Shown here piece by piece: positions 47,086 through 57,112 of a stretch of 64,000 nt of DNA (its first letter is position 1; the number at the start of each line of letters is the position of its first letter). The stretch spans positions 1-64,000 of IMG/VR virus record IMGVR_UViG_3300035696_000012; one strand, given 5' to 3'. The position numbers were made by a program, and so were the translations under genes. The notes beneath the pieces were generated by a model, which did no database searches, was not told where the DNA came from, and saw nothing but the letters and a program-made list of their open reading frames with translations. This DNA is from a virus.

Positions 47086-47454
47086 TTACTCCTTTCTATC
47101 ATTTTGTTCAAAAACCGTCCAAAACTCTATACTCATTTCAATATATAATTTCTTCTTAGGATCAATTTGTGATGGATCTTTTTTCATCTTGTATGATGGC
47201 TTTTTCCATTCTGCAATAAGTTCTTTTTCAACAAAAATTTTTAAATTGCTATTTGGACTTTCAAATATAGAAATGCCATAGAAACTTAAATCTTTACGCA
47301 TTTTTATTTTCTTTTCAATAGAAAGAGGCTCATCAGGATTGTAATCTATTGCAACCTCGAGAGCCTCTAAAATAGTTTTAATGAAGCGAGCTTGTTCCTG
47401 CGCTTCTATGTTTTTAGTATTTTCGTCTCGTCTAATTAAGATGGTGTAACGCAT
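47086..47454 (-). CDS. Hypothetical protein
   Basis: ORF track. Confidence 0.7.
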   Translation of the reverse strand: MRYTILIRRDENTKNIEAQEQARFIKTILEALEVAIDYNPDEPLSIEKKIKMRKDLSFYGISIFESPNSNLKIFVEKELIAEWKKPSYKMKKDPSQIDPKKKLYIEMSIEFWTVFEQNDRKE

Positions 47455-47489
47455 TCGCGGTCTTAATTATATAAGAAAAAATTAGTAAT

Positions 47490-49994
47490 CTAACCGCATT
47501 TTGAATATTGACATCCAGTGCAACGAAGACATCCTTCTTGATATACAAGTGTATTTTCTTGTTTACAAGACGGACACACCTTTTCTGCAGACGATTTCAC
47601 GCCATCTTGTATATATGATTTCAATACACGACCCATTACTTTTGAGAATGATGTTATATCCGAATACTTATCTTTTTGTAATTGTTCAACGATATATTGA
47701 ACCGGGACTCCGTGCCTCAATGACAATGATATTGTGCGTGAGAATGCGCCGAAATTAGCATTCTCGAAAACATTGGCAATATCTTTTATTATCATCTGAT
47801 CATCGTTCTCACCAATGATTAGATTGTATGTGGAAATACCATCTACTTTACCATTTTTTTGAATTTGACCAGTCTTATGCTTATTTGGAATATCAACATA
47901 CTTAGATAGTCCTCCGAACACTTCATACGGCTGACCATTTAATAATCCAACGAACATCGTCCATTGCTCACCTTGTATTTTTGCTTTTTTGATATCGCAT
48001 GGGAGAATGTCTGGGCGCTTTGGAGCCATAGCTGTGCTTATGATATTGGGTCGATCACTGGTTGATTTATTCTGTTCGGAGCTAACTAAAACGCCCGTTC
48101 TACAACCATCACGATATACTGTAAATCCTTTACAACCAGATTCCCATGCTCGCATATATACTTCTGACACAAGTTCTTTCGTGGCTGAATTAGGGAGATT
48201 ACAAGTTTTAGATATTGAATGATCTATTGATTTTTGAGCTATTGCTTGCATTTCTACCGAAGCAACCCAATCTACATCATTGGATGTAGCGCCATGATAC
48301 GGAGATTTTTCGATATCTGTTTTACCGGTGATTTTCATCCATTTAGCTACTCCATGATGATACACATTAAATTCTTGCCAAGAATCCCCCGATGGATCGA
48401 CAAAATCTACGCGAGCATTTTTATCATTAGGATTTATTTTTTTACGACGAACGTATGATAGTAAATATGCTGGTTCAATACCAGATGTCGTTTGTGTTAA
48501 TGTGGATACACTCCCTGTTGGAGCCGTTGTAGTTAACGCAATATTTCTACGACCTGTTTTTTTCCACATTTTTATAACATCATTACCACAATCGGACATA
48601 ATAGAATTAAGATATGCGTGTTTCTTTTCTTTTTCATAACTAAATACTGGAAATGCTCCACGCTCTTCCGCAAGAATACAAGAAGAAGTATGTGCCCCAA
48701 CCGCTAACGTACGATATATTTTACCAGTAATTTTTATTGATTCTTTTGAACCATATTTTATATTGAGCATAGCTAACGTATCACCAAGCGCCGTTATACC
48801 TAATCCAGTACGCCTCCCACCTTCATTGGCTTTCAATACTTTTTTCCACAAATTTAATTCGACTAATTTAGCTTCTTCTGGTTCTGGATCGCTTTCTACT
48901 TTGGCGATTATTTTATTTATTGCTTCAATTTCCAAGTCTATAATATCATCCATTAATCGTTGTGCTTTAATAACATGATCTTTAAATAAATCATAATTAA
49001 ATTCAGCTTCTTCTGTAAATGGATTATCTACATATGACGTAAGATTTATTGCTACGAGCCGACAAGCATCATATTTAGACAAAACAATTTCACCACAAGG
49101 ATTTGAGCTAATTGATTGATATCCTTCATCTTTATAGATATCTGCTGGCGTACTTCTTTGTACTTCATCCCAAAACATTAATCCGGGTTCGGCGCTTGAC
49201 CAAGCCGAATCAATTATCTGATCCCATATCTCTTTTGCTTTTACTGTTTTTGTTATTTTTGCTTCTTGAACACTAACATCAACTGGCCAACGAAGAATGT
49301 ATTCACTGTTATTTTTTACCGCTTTCATAAAATCATCATTAAGTCTTATAGATATATTAGCACCAGTAATTTTTGTAAGGTCTCGTTTTATATTTATAAA
49401 TGTTTCTATCTCTGGATGATTGATGGATATAGTAATCATCTCTGCACCACGTCTGCCATTCATTGCAACTTCGCGACATGTATTACTAAAACGCTCTATA
49501 AATACGCCAATACCATCTGTTGTTTTAGCGGCATTCGATGTTGGAACTCCTTTTGGACGTATGCCAGAAATATCATGACCACAACCACCACGACGTTTAA
49601 ATATTTGCGCCAGCTCTTGATCTGCAAGAAGGATACCGCCATATGAATCTAATTTATTAGAATACACTCCTTGTATAACAAAACAATTAGACAAACTTTG
49701 AATCTGATACGGATTCCCGATGGCAGACATAGGGCTTCCTTGTGGTACAATATACTTAAATTTATCTAGCAATGCAAATATTTCTTGTTCATCCATAGGA
49801 TTAGAATATTTATTTTCTATCCTAGCAAACTCTTTTGACAATCGCCAATGCATATCCGTAGGCGTTAGTTCTAGATATTCTCCCTTTTCATTTTGCAATG
49901 CATATTTATCGGTAAATACTTTGCCAGCTAACTCATCTCCATCAAAATATTCAATACTAGCTCCTAAAACTTGCTCATAAGTATATTTTTTCAT
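47490..49994 (-). CDS. nrdJ: Class II (B12-dependent) ribonucleotide reductase
   Basis: SLSNCF, SNPCGEI, RRTGLG, TAPTGS, KGFTVYRDG, C-terminal TSCPD-like region and Zn ribbon; no beta subunit nearby. Confidence 0.88.
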   Translation of the reverse strand: MKKYTYEQVLGASIEYFDGDELAGKVFTDKYALQNEKGEYLELTPTDMHWRLSKEFARIENKYSNPMDEQEIFALLDKFKYIVPQGSPMSAIGNPYQIQSLSNCFVIQGVYSNKLDSYGGILLADQELAQIFKRRGGCGHDISGIRPKGVPTSNAAKTTDGIGVFIERFSNTCREVAMNGRRGAEMITISINHPEIETFINIKRDLTKITGANISIRLNDDFMKAVKNNSEYILRWPVDVSVQEAKITKTVKAKEIWDQIIDSAWSSAEPGLMFWDEVQRSTPADIYKDEGYQSISSNPCGEIVLSKYDACRLVAINLTSYVDNPFTEEAEFNYDLFKDHVIKAQRLMDDIIDLEIEAINKIIAKVESDPEPEEAKLVELNLWKKVLKANEGGRRTGLGITALGDTLAMLNIKYGSKESIKITGKIYRTLAVGAHTSSCILAEERGAFPVFSYEKEKKHAYLNSIMSDCGNDVIKMWKKTGRRNIALTTTAPTGSVSTLTQTTSGIEPAYLLSYVRRKKINPNDKNARVDFVDPSGDSWQEFNVYHHGVAKWMKITGKTDIEKSPYHGATSNDVDWVASVEMQAIAQKSIDHSISKTCNLPNSATKELVSEVYMRAWESGCKGFTVYRDGCRTGVLVSSEQNKSTSDRPNIISTAMAPKRPDILPCDIKKAKIQGEQWTMFVGLLNGQPYEVFGGLSKYVDIPNKHKTGQIQKNGKVDGISTYNLIIGENDDQMIIKDIANVFENANFGAFSRTISLSLRHGVPVQYIVEQLQKDKYSDITSFSKVMGRVLKSYIQDGVKSSAEKVCPSCKQENTLVYQEGCLRCTGCQYSKCG

Positions 49995-50066
49995 CCCTAT
50001 TCCTTCTCACATTTAAGATAGTTCTATATTACATTTTCAACAACAATGCTGAAAATTAAAATTTTT

Positions 50067-50696
50067 TTATAGTCGTATGTTTTTCTTCAAAACATCCAAC
50101 GCGCCATCAATCATTTTCATACAATAAAAACGCGATAGCTTCATTTTCTTGCAAACTTTGTTTATTGACAACGGCTTATCACCATCGACTCCGAACACAA
50201 GATTTACTATTTTCTTTTGCTCTTCGTTTAAGTGATCCATTGCTGAACCGATTACTTTGGTTATTTCTAAATCCTCCGTCAATTTTTCTGGTATATTTTT
50301 TTCTTCTTTTAACTCTGGCATTCTTGTTTCTCTGTGAGGCACATTGGTCTTAGCAAACTTTAATGGATATCTAATTACCGTATGAGCATTTGCACTACGA
50401 GTTATTCTCGTTTCTATATATTTATGAGCCCACCAAAAGAAAATACCTTTGCTCGGATCATAATTATTCATTGCCCTTACTAAAACTTCTAATCCTTCTT
50501 GGTTTAAATCTTCGTAATTAGAAAATCCTTTATACTTATTGGTTCGCATTGACACGAGGTAAAAAAACTTATCTATACATATTTGTTCGTGTCTTCTGTA
50601 CGCTGCAATATCCTCTTGGCTTTTTGTCTCTTCGCTTTTGTTTCGTAATTGAATAAGTGTCGTCATAAGATTTTGAGCTTCTTCGATAGATACCAT
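50067..50696 (-). CDS. sigma70-family RNA polymerase sigma factor
   Basis: EDLNQEG..YDPSKG.F..WA..YI region 2; region-4 HTH. Confidence 0.85.
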   Translation of the reverse strand: MVSIEEAQNLMTTLIQLRNKSEETKSQEDIAAYRRHEQICIDKFFYLVSMRTNKYKGFSNYEDLNQEGLEVLVRAMNNYDPSKGIFFWWAHKYIETRITRSANAHTVIRYPLKFAKTNVPHRETRMPELKEEKNIPEKLTEDLEITKVIGSAMDHLNEEQKKIVNLVFGVDGDKPLSINKVCKKMKLSRFYCMKMIDGALDVLKKNIRL

Positions 50697-50739
50697 TCTA
50701 ACCAGCCTTTATTGATGGCATTAGCGCCAACAATTAACC

Positions 50740-50767
50740 AATATAAGACATGTAAAAAGAATGTCAA
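50740..50767 (-). promoter_or_regulatory. sigma70-like promoter for the sigma gene
   Basis: TTGACA-N16-TATATT, 44 nt upstream of ATG. Confidence 0.5.
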
Positions 50768-50828
50768 GACATTGGTATGATATTTTTACCTTTGTAGTAA
50801 AAAATATATCATGTTAGTGATAGAAAAC

Positions 50829-51026
50829 TCACTTGGAATAGTTATCTTTGCTCCAACAATTTCCTGTTAAAACGAAACTCGTAAGTGATATCAAACGCTT
50901 AGGCGGAGGACTTATTTTTCCATTTTCTTTGCATGTAGGACATTCTTCTAATGGCTCATCATGAACTGATTGAACTGCCTCAAACTCTGCATCGCATATT
51001 TCACAATAATAACAATAGGTTGCCAT
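50829..51026 (-). CDS. FmdB-family zinc-ribbon protein
   Basis: MATYCYYCEIC..FE..Q...CPTC..KRLIS. Confidence 0.85.
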   Translation of the reverse strand: MATYCYYCEICDAEFEAVQSVHDEPLEECPTCKENGKISPPPKRLISLTSFVLTGNCWSKDNYSK

Positions 51027-51027
51027 T

Positions 51028-51261
51028 CTATTTCCCTTTATTCATAATCTTAGAAATTACATCTTGTGCTATCTTATTAGCCTCATCTTCTGATATCACA
51101 TTTGTTTTCACTTTACTATCTACTTCGGTGAGTATTTTTTGTAATCGTTTTAAGCTACGTGATGGCTTTGGCGTCTTACCTTGCTGCACATCATCGAATG
51201 CTTTTTTCAATTCTTCGATTGCAAAATTGATTACTTGTTTTTTACTATCGTCTTCTGGCAT
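51028..51261 (-). CDS. Hypothetical protein
   Basis: AGGA RBS. Confidence 0.7.
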   Translation of the reverse strand: MPEDDSKKQVINFAIEELKKAFDDVQQGKTPKPSRSLKRLQKILTEVDSKVKTNVISEDEANKIAQDVISKIMNKGK

Positions 51262-51271
51262 TTGTTGTTTC

Positions 51272-51598
51272 CTATATTAGGAGTAAATAATCATTTGTAT
51301 GATTTTCTTTTTCAATAATCTTTATTGTTTTATCATTTATTTCAGTGAATGAAATTATATATCGTTCATTGAAATCTGATTTATCGCCTAATTTTTTTAT
51401 AGCTTTTGCCTGCTGCTTATCTATGCTACGAACATAATTAAGTAATTCATTTTTATCACTCATTATGGTGTGGATTATTCGACTATACCTATTGCCTTCT
51501 ATTGTTCCATTAATAAAATTAGGGTATCTTTTATTGAATAGATATTTATCTGCAACGCCGTAATAGATTTTATCGGGGTCGATTTCTTTTTCCAGCAT
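51272..51598 (-). CDS. Hypothetical protein, ends NDYLLLI
   Basis: ORF track. Confidence 0.65.
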   Translation of the reverse strand: MLEKEIDPDKIYYGVADKYLFNKRYPNFINGTIEGNRYSRIIHTIMSDKNELLNYVRSIDKQQAKAIKKLGDKSDFNERYIISFTEINDKTIKIIEKENHTNDYLLLI

Positions 51599-51887
51599 CT
51601 AGTCCTTGTTGTATTTTTTGGTATCTATCTTCTCCGATTACATTTGCATACGTGCGTTCATTGGAATAAACTTCTTTTTGAAACTTAATGGCATCTTCTT
51701 TTGTTTTGGCTCTTAGTTCATGACCCGATAGTTCAACGCGCCCGCTACAACCACTAATTAGACGGGTAATATTTCCTTTGACCTTACACTGCGGACATTC
51801 CTCTGGGTCTGGAGCCTTAATTGATTGTTCTAATTCCCATTCGTGATTACATTTAATTTCATTACATTTGAACTCATATGTTGGCAT
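51570..51887 (-). CDS. FmdB-family zinc-ribbon protein (second copy)
   Basis: MPTYEFKC..C..CPQC..RLIS. Confidence 0.85.
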   Translation of the reverse strand: MPTYEFKCNEIKCNHEWELEQSIKAPDPEECPQCKVKGNITRLISGCSGRVELSGHELRAKTKEDAIKFQKEVYSNERTYANVIGEDRYQKIQQGLDAGKRNRPR

Positions 51888-51888
51888 T

Positions 51889-52632
51889 TTATTCCTTTGA
51901 TTTTTTAATTAGCGGTATAACGTGATCTACAATATATCTTTGAAGTTTTAAATTTGAATATTTTCTACCATCAATTTCTATTAATGGAATATTATTTTCT
52001 TTACAAATTTGTCGTTTATAGGCATCTCTTTTTTGTTGTTCCTCAAAATTAACTTTAGCTCTTTCCAGTGAAATGCCACCATATTTGACTGGCTGGTAAT
52101 GATGTTGTCCATTATATTCAATAACAAAATTAAAAATAGGTAAATAAAAATCAAATCTTAATTTTCTTGTTGCATTTGGTATTATTAATTTAATATATTT
52201 TTCAGTTTCAAATTTTATTTGATGATCTATTAGAATATCATATATTAATTGGGCGTTTCTTCTACTATTACATATAGGGCATCCCTGTCCCTGTAAATGA
52301 TGTGTGGGTTTTTGCGTAAAAATACCATGTTTTGGACAATTTATTTCCACATTAGTATCATCGTTTATATAATTAACTTTATAATAATCATATTTATTTT
52401 TATGAATCTTTTCTGCTTTTTTTATAAATTCAGGTGTTGTCGATTTTTGTTTTCCACCACATATTGGACATCCTTGCCCTTGCAAATGTTTATGTGGTTT
52501 TTGCTGGAATAGCCCATGTTTCAAACACATAATATTAACTTGTATATTACCATTTACGCAATCTACGAAATCATAACTATACATGTTTTTATGAATATAT
52601 TTTGCTTTTGTTATAAATTGCTCCGTTGTCAT
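51889..52632 (-). CDS. Homing-endonuclease-like protein: DUF723-type repeats plus Vsr-like nuclease
   Basis: C.KHG.F.Q....HL.GQGCP.C x2; RFDFYLP..IEYNGQHHY. Confidence 0.8.
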   Translation of the reverse strand: MTTEQFITKAKYIHKNMYSYDFVDCVNGNIQVNIMCLKHGLFQQKPHKHLQGQGCPICGGKQKSTTPEFIKKAEKIHKNKYDYYKVNYINDDTNVEINCPKHGIFTQKPTHHLQGQGCPICNSRRNAQLIYDILIDHQIKFETEKYIKLIIPNATRKLRFDFYLPIFNFVIEYNGQHHYQPVKYGGISLERAKVNFEEQQKRDAYKRQICKENNIPLIEIDGRKYSNLKLQRYIVDHVIPLIKKSKE

Positions 52633-53051
52633 AGAAATAATGATGCTAATTTTTCAGCTTTACACTGCTTGCATCCTCTTCCTTGTAAATGAGCATCTGG
52701 CGTCTGTTTAAATACACCGTGATTTGGGCATACGATATCAATTGATGACAGCGTATCTTTATATACTGACTGAGTATAAATATACTTATCTTCATGAACC
52801 AATGATGCTTCTTCTATAAATTCTTCTAGCGTTTTGGTCCGTAAAATAGCTGAGCGTTTTTTACCGCACTCTTTACATCCACGACCTTGTAAATGTTTTG
52901 CTGGACTTTGATCAAAAACCCCGTGAATTAAACATTTTATTTTTCCTTTTGTATGAGCATTTACATAAATAAATAGCGAATAATCAAACTTATTTTCATG
53001 TATTTTATTGCTACGTTCTATAAATTCAGTAAGACTCATCCTATTAGACAT
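52629..53051 (-). CDS. DUF723-type repeat protein without nuclease domain
   Basis: Two HG.F.Q...HLQGRGC..C repeats. Confidence 0.75.
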   Translation of the reverse strand: MSNRMSLTEFIERSNKIHENKFDYSLFIYVNAHTKGKIKCLIHGVFDQSPAKHLQGRGCKECGKKRSAILRTKTLEEFIEEASLVHEDKYIYTQSVYKDTLSSIDIVCPNHGVFKQTPDAHLQGRGCKQCKAEKLASLFL

Positions 53052-53059
53052 AATATATC

Positions 53060-54439
53060 CTATATTTTATTAATTTTATCCGATATATCCTCCGGATCTT
53101 TTTTCCCATCACCCTCAATATAAACATCATTTAATAATGCGCAACATTCCATATGTTTTTTTAATTTACCGCTAGCCAATTCACCACGTCTATTTTTCAC
53201 CATCTCTACGCTAAAATCTGGACAATGTTTTTCATTTGGTCTAGTATTTATTACAATAAGCATATCAACGTTGTCTGCAATTTGAGTGGCACGCCTTAAA
53301 TCTTTTATTCCGAAACTACCGTCTTTACCACCGCCCTTTGGATTTAGCTGAACCGCACTCAAAACTATTGTTTCTTTGGCGCGCGCTAACTCATGCACTC
53401 CCTCTGATATTTGCGCCTGCATAAGCCAATCATCCGTGGCATCTGAATCAACACTCATCAAATTCAAATAGTCAATTACAACAACATCTGGCTTACCATA
53501 TTGCGTAGCATAATCATCAATCATATTTTCTAATGCTTCTGGCGTCGCTTTTCGTGGTAAATCGATGACCGTGAAATTTTTATTGTAATTTTTTATAAAT
53601 TTAAAACTCATACCAACGCGAGCTTTTTGTTCGTCATCTAGATTTGCATCTCTAATGTTTTTCTGTGGAACCATAGCAATCCTAGCTATTGCTCTTTGCA
53701 TATAATCTTCATAATTCATTTCTAATGAAAATAATAATACATTGGATCCTGTATTAAAATTTGATGTCATAGAAATATCATTGGCACCTAACCACATTTG
53801 TATTGCTGAGTTCATTAATAATAATGATTTGCCCGAGCTAGTGATGCCTGCGAACACAATCAATTCACCACTCCGTAATCCTAGATTTGTATTATCTATA
53901 AAATCATACCCTGTTCTTATACCAGTTCCATAATTAGGGTCTCGCATTTTATTATTATAGGTATTCTTAAAATCATCAGCGTATTCTTTTAGTGTTCCTT
54001 TTTTGTATGATCCTATTTTATTTACATTTTTGATATTATTGAGGGCACTCTGGATATCACTAACTGATTTTTTTAAATCTATTTTATCTAAATCTCCGAT
54101 ACTTTCTTTTAGTCCGACAATAAGTTTTTCGGAATATCGTTTTTTTAGTTTTTCTAAATCGTGCTTATATTCCTTGTCATCGTAATTAAATGACATTACT
54201 CTATCGAATAACTGACTGCTATGTTCTGCAAATGCTTTATTTTTCGCAGGATCAATACGCTCAATCAGTACTCGTTTTGTAGGTATGTCCTTGAATGATT
54301 TTATATACTCAATAACTAATTTAGCGAAACGCCACACACTTGGATCGAATAACTTCTCATTGCAATCGTGAGCGAACTCCAATGCATATTTACGATTAGT
54401 TAGAATAGTTTTTAGAATAGATAGGTCGAGGTCGTTCAT
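53060..54439 (-). CDS. DnaB-like replicative helicase
   Basis: AGITSSGKS, FSLEM, VIDYLNLM, LSAVQLN, KNRRG. Confidence 0.9.
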   Translation of the reverse strand: MNDLDLSILKTILTNRKYALEFAHDCNEKLFDPSVWRFAKLVIEYIKSFKDIPTKRVLIERIDPAKNKAFAEHSSQLFDRVMSFNYDDKEYKHDLEKLKKRYSEKLIVGLKESIGDLDKIDLKKSVSDIQSALNNIKNVNKIGSYKKGTLKEYADDFKNTYNNKMRDPNYGTGIRTGYDFIDNTNLGLRSGELIVFAGITSSGKSLLLMNSAIQMWLGANDISMTSNFNTGSNVLLFSLEMNYEDYMQRAIARIAMVPQKNIRDANLDDEQKARVGMSFKFIKNYNKNFTVIDLPRKATPEALENMIDDYATQYGKPDVVVIDYLNLMSVDSDATDDWLMQAQISEGVHELARAKETIVLSAVQLNPKGGGKDGSFGIKDLRRATQIADNVDMLIVINTRPNEKHCPDFSVEMVKNRRGELASGKLKKHMECCALLNDVYIEGDGKKDPEDISDKINKI

Positions 54440-55122
54440 TTATGTCTTGCCCTTCTTACTCCATCGCGTTGGTTTTGTTTTGAAGATAGTGGTCGTAGAT
54501 TACTTAATGCCCAGCAATCAATAAAATTTTGATCTGTCATGAGTGTATATTCAAATTCACTATGAGGTTTTATGTGATCTATTTGCCAAGTCCAAGTATT
54601 CGGATCATTATCATCCCAAATTTTGGGATTATACTTACCATAATTATCCCAATTCATCCATGACTCGAATTGTTTTTCTAAATGGGTTTTTAATTCATTT
54701 ATCGAATATGGTAAAACTGCCAAAATAGAATTAGATTTTTTTGAATTTCTTCTTTTTAATCCGGTGCTAATAGCTTTTGACATATTTGTTCTTAACATAT
54801 ATGTTATATCTATTTCTTTACGTTTTTTCTCGCTAGCGTTTCTTTGTTCCCTATGTGTTTCTCTATAATTTTTAGAGCGTACCAATAATTCCTCTCTATG
54901 TCTGACATACCAATTTCTTTTATTTGCTTCCATATTATCTTTATTATTTTTTGCATATTCCTTACTGTATGCTGCTAATTTTTCTTTATTTTTTGTTTGA
55001 TATTCTTTATTATATTCTTTAATACACATTTTACATTTAGGGTTTGTAAATTTTAATTGACCATCATTAAAATCAGATTCCGTTCTTGAACAACTGCAAA
55101 ATTTACAATATATTAATATCAT
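54436..55122 (-). CDS. HNH homing endonuclease
   Basis: N-terminal CxxC pairs, Lys/Glu-rich linker, WDNYG..WQIDHIKP..WALSNLRPL. Confidence 0.85.
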   Translation of the reverse strand: MILIYCKFCSCSRTESDFNDGQLKFTNPKCKMCIKEYNKEYQTKNKEKLAAYSKEYAKNNKDNMEANKRNWYVRHREELLVRSKNYRETHREQRNASEKKRKEIDITYMLRTNMSKAISTGLKRRNSKKSNSILAVLPYSINELKTHLEKQFESWMNWDNYGKYNPKIWDDNDPNTWTWQIDHIKPHSEFEYTLMTDQNFIDCWALSNLRPLSSKQNQRDGVRRARHK

Positions 55123-55853
55123 TTTTGATTTTTCCTAAAATCTTTATCTAACACTGATATTATTTTAATACGATTAAAAATACTATCTATGCTCTCTTTA
55201 ATAGATCCCTTAAATGCTTGTGTTGGATTTGGACTATTGCTACATATAAATAGTGGCATTTTATTTTGAGATCTTCCTCGCAAGATAGGTTCTACTGAAC
55301 GAGCAAAAAGATCGCTAGCACCATCTGTAATATATTTAGAATCCATTTCATCAATTACTAATAAATCAACCCCCATCAACTCTTTTCTAATTAAATATTT
55401 ATCATCATACGGCGCTTCAATTAATGTATTAACGATATCATTAAGCGTTGTATATAGACATGAATAATTCTTCTCACAAGCTCGTTTTAGAATACAAGAA
55501 ACGGTCATCGTCTTCCCAATTCCATGGCTACCAGCTAGGCACAACGACATCCCATCACTATATACCTTTGGGAGATTTTCGGTAAGGCGGGCATATACTT
55601 TTTTTAGTTCGTTGGAGCCAACAAAATCATCCATACTTAATCCCCAATATTCTATTTGAATATTCGATTCAGCATATCTATTATAAGCAATAAGCATAAT
55701 ACTACATTTTTCACACACTCCGTCATATGCTTGCTCGATTCTCGTTATGTTCTTTGTCGAGCAAGTTTTACAAGACTGAACCAGTGATAGTATTTTCTCT
55801 TCAACTTTGCGGCGTGGAAGATTATTTAGTGATTGTGATCTTACTATGCTCAT
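55119..55853 (-). CDS. DnaC/IstB-like AAA+ ATPase (helicase loader)
   Basis: GSHGIGKT, LLVIDEM, SN. Confidence 0.85.
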   Translation of the reverse strand: MSIVRSQSLNNLPRRKVEEKILSLVQSCKTCSTKNITRIEQAYDGVCEKCSIMLIAYNRYAESNIQIEYWGLSMDDFVGSNELKKVYARLTENLPKVYSDGMSLCLAGSHGIGKTMTVSCILKRACEKNYSCLYTTLNDIVNTLIEAPYDDKYLIRKELMGVDLLVIDEMDSKYITDGASDLFARSVEPILRGRSQNKMPLFICSNSPNPTQAFKGSIKESIDSIFNRIKIISVLDKDFRKNQK

Positions 55854-56236
55854 TGTTTCTTTACTCCACCAAACAACATTGACAATGACGAACCATAACT
55901 AACCGGTGCATTTCCTGATGGCTCATGTGAGCGAAGTTTTTCACTTATCTCTTCTAGCTCTAAGCTATTCAGCTCTGCTTTTAGTTCCGCCAGTGTCTGT
56001 ATATCAGTATTGGTCTTGATTGGCTTTTCTACAACCTCTTCGTATTCTTCTTTAATATTCGATTCGCTGAATGAAAAAAACAAAACATCTTCGAGTGTCT
56101 TTTGTATTACTGTGATTTTGTTGCCCGTGAGGGATTTTATGGCTGATTTGCCGTCTGACCAAGATATAACGGTTCCACTGACTTGAACGCCATTGCGGAA
56201 GAAGGCTGTTATGTTGCTATTTTGTGGAGGTATCAT
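55850..56236 (-). CDS. Hypothetical protein, possible Sm-like N-terminus
   Basis: FFRNGVQVSGTVISWSD. Confidence 0.6.
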   Translation of the reverse strand: MIPPQNSNITAFFRNGVQVSGTVISWSDGKSAIKSLTGNKITVIQKTLEDVLFFSFSESNIKEEYEEVVEKPIKTNTDIQTLAELKAELNSLELEEISEKLRSHEPSGNAPVSYGSSLSMLFGGVKKQ

Positions 56237-56526
56237 AATAGTAATAAATACTTTCTCATTTGATCTGCGTATTGCGGATAGTTATCTATGATATATTGAA
56301 AATAATCTTCCTGAGCAAATAATATTTCTTGTGTTATAAATTTAATTATATTAGGGATTGGATTTAGTCCTCTGTCTTCATATATAGAAATAAACTTAGC
56401 TATATACCCCGCTGTAAATGGTGTTCCGTAATGTATTTCAATTACTTCCGTAAAATCGGTATCATATAATGTGTGATGAACCGTTGGAAGATCTAAAAAC
56501 TTCATTTCATCTTTTATGAATGTCAT
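56233..56526 (-). CDS. Hypothetical protein, ends NYPQYADQMRKYLLLL
   Basis: Shared C-terminal motif. Confidence 0.75.
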   Translation of the reverse strand: MTFIKDEMKFLDLPTVHHTLYDTDFTEVIEIHYGTPFTAGYIAKFISIYEDRGLNPIPNIIKFITQEILFAQEDYFQYIIDNYPQYADQMRKYLLLL

Positions 56527-56852
56527 ATTAGCATCAAATACTTTTCTATATCATTTTTGTATTGAGGATATAACTGATATATAAATTGCACTTCTTCATC
56601 AAGTCCTTCTTTGAAAGGAATAATAGCTCTGCTATGAATATATAATGCTAAATTATAAGGCACATTATAACTTCTTCTTTTGTAAATATCTACTATGTTT
56701 TCAATTATTTTTTTAAAATGTTCCATTAAATCGTCATCATCACCATTGGTATTCATAACACCAAAACTTTCATTAAACTCTGTATCTATTAACCAATAAG
56801 CGGTCTGATATTCATTCGATGCGAAGCCTACTTGATCTATTGATTGAAACAT
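56523..56852 (-). CDS. Hypothetical protein, ends LYPQYKNDIEKYLMLI
   Basis: Shared C-terminal motif. Confidence 0.75.
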   Translation of the reverse strand: MFQSIDQVGFASNEYQTAYWLIDTEFNESFGVMNTNGDDDDLMEHFKKIIENIVDIYKRRSYNVPYNLALYIHSRAIIPFKEGLDEEVQFIYQLYPQYKNDIEKYLMLI

Positions 56853-57112
56853 TATTTCAACCTATTTGCCAAATCTTCCGCATACTTTGCGAGCCATCCA
56901 TTTGTATATAGGCATTCGGATATTTGTGAATCTTGCACGAGTCTTTCTACCACTCCGGGCGGCAAGTGATCTCGCATCAATTCATATAGGAACGCAACTA
57001 ATTTGCTATCCATTTCTATATGACCACTGCGTTCTCGAAGGGTATCGGTTTCTTGTTTTCTATCTATATTTCTGGACTCATCATTAGTCCAGTGGGCGGG
57101 GATATTTGTCAT
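56852..57112 (-). CDS. Hypothetical protein
   Basis: ORF track; coupled both sides. Confidence 0.75.
   Translation of the reverse strand: MTNIPAHWTNDESRNIDRKQETDTLRERSGHIEMDSKLVAFLYELMRDHLPPGVVERLVQDSQISECLYTNGWLAKYAEDLANRLK

Noticed and set aside
47490-54439. Introns or inteins in nrdJ or dnaB
   Set aside because: Both ORFs are continuous and of normal length; the endonucleases lie between genes
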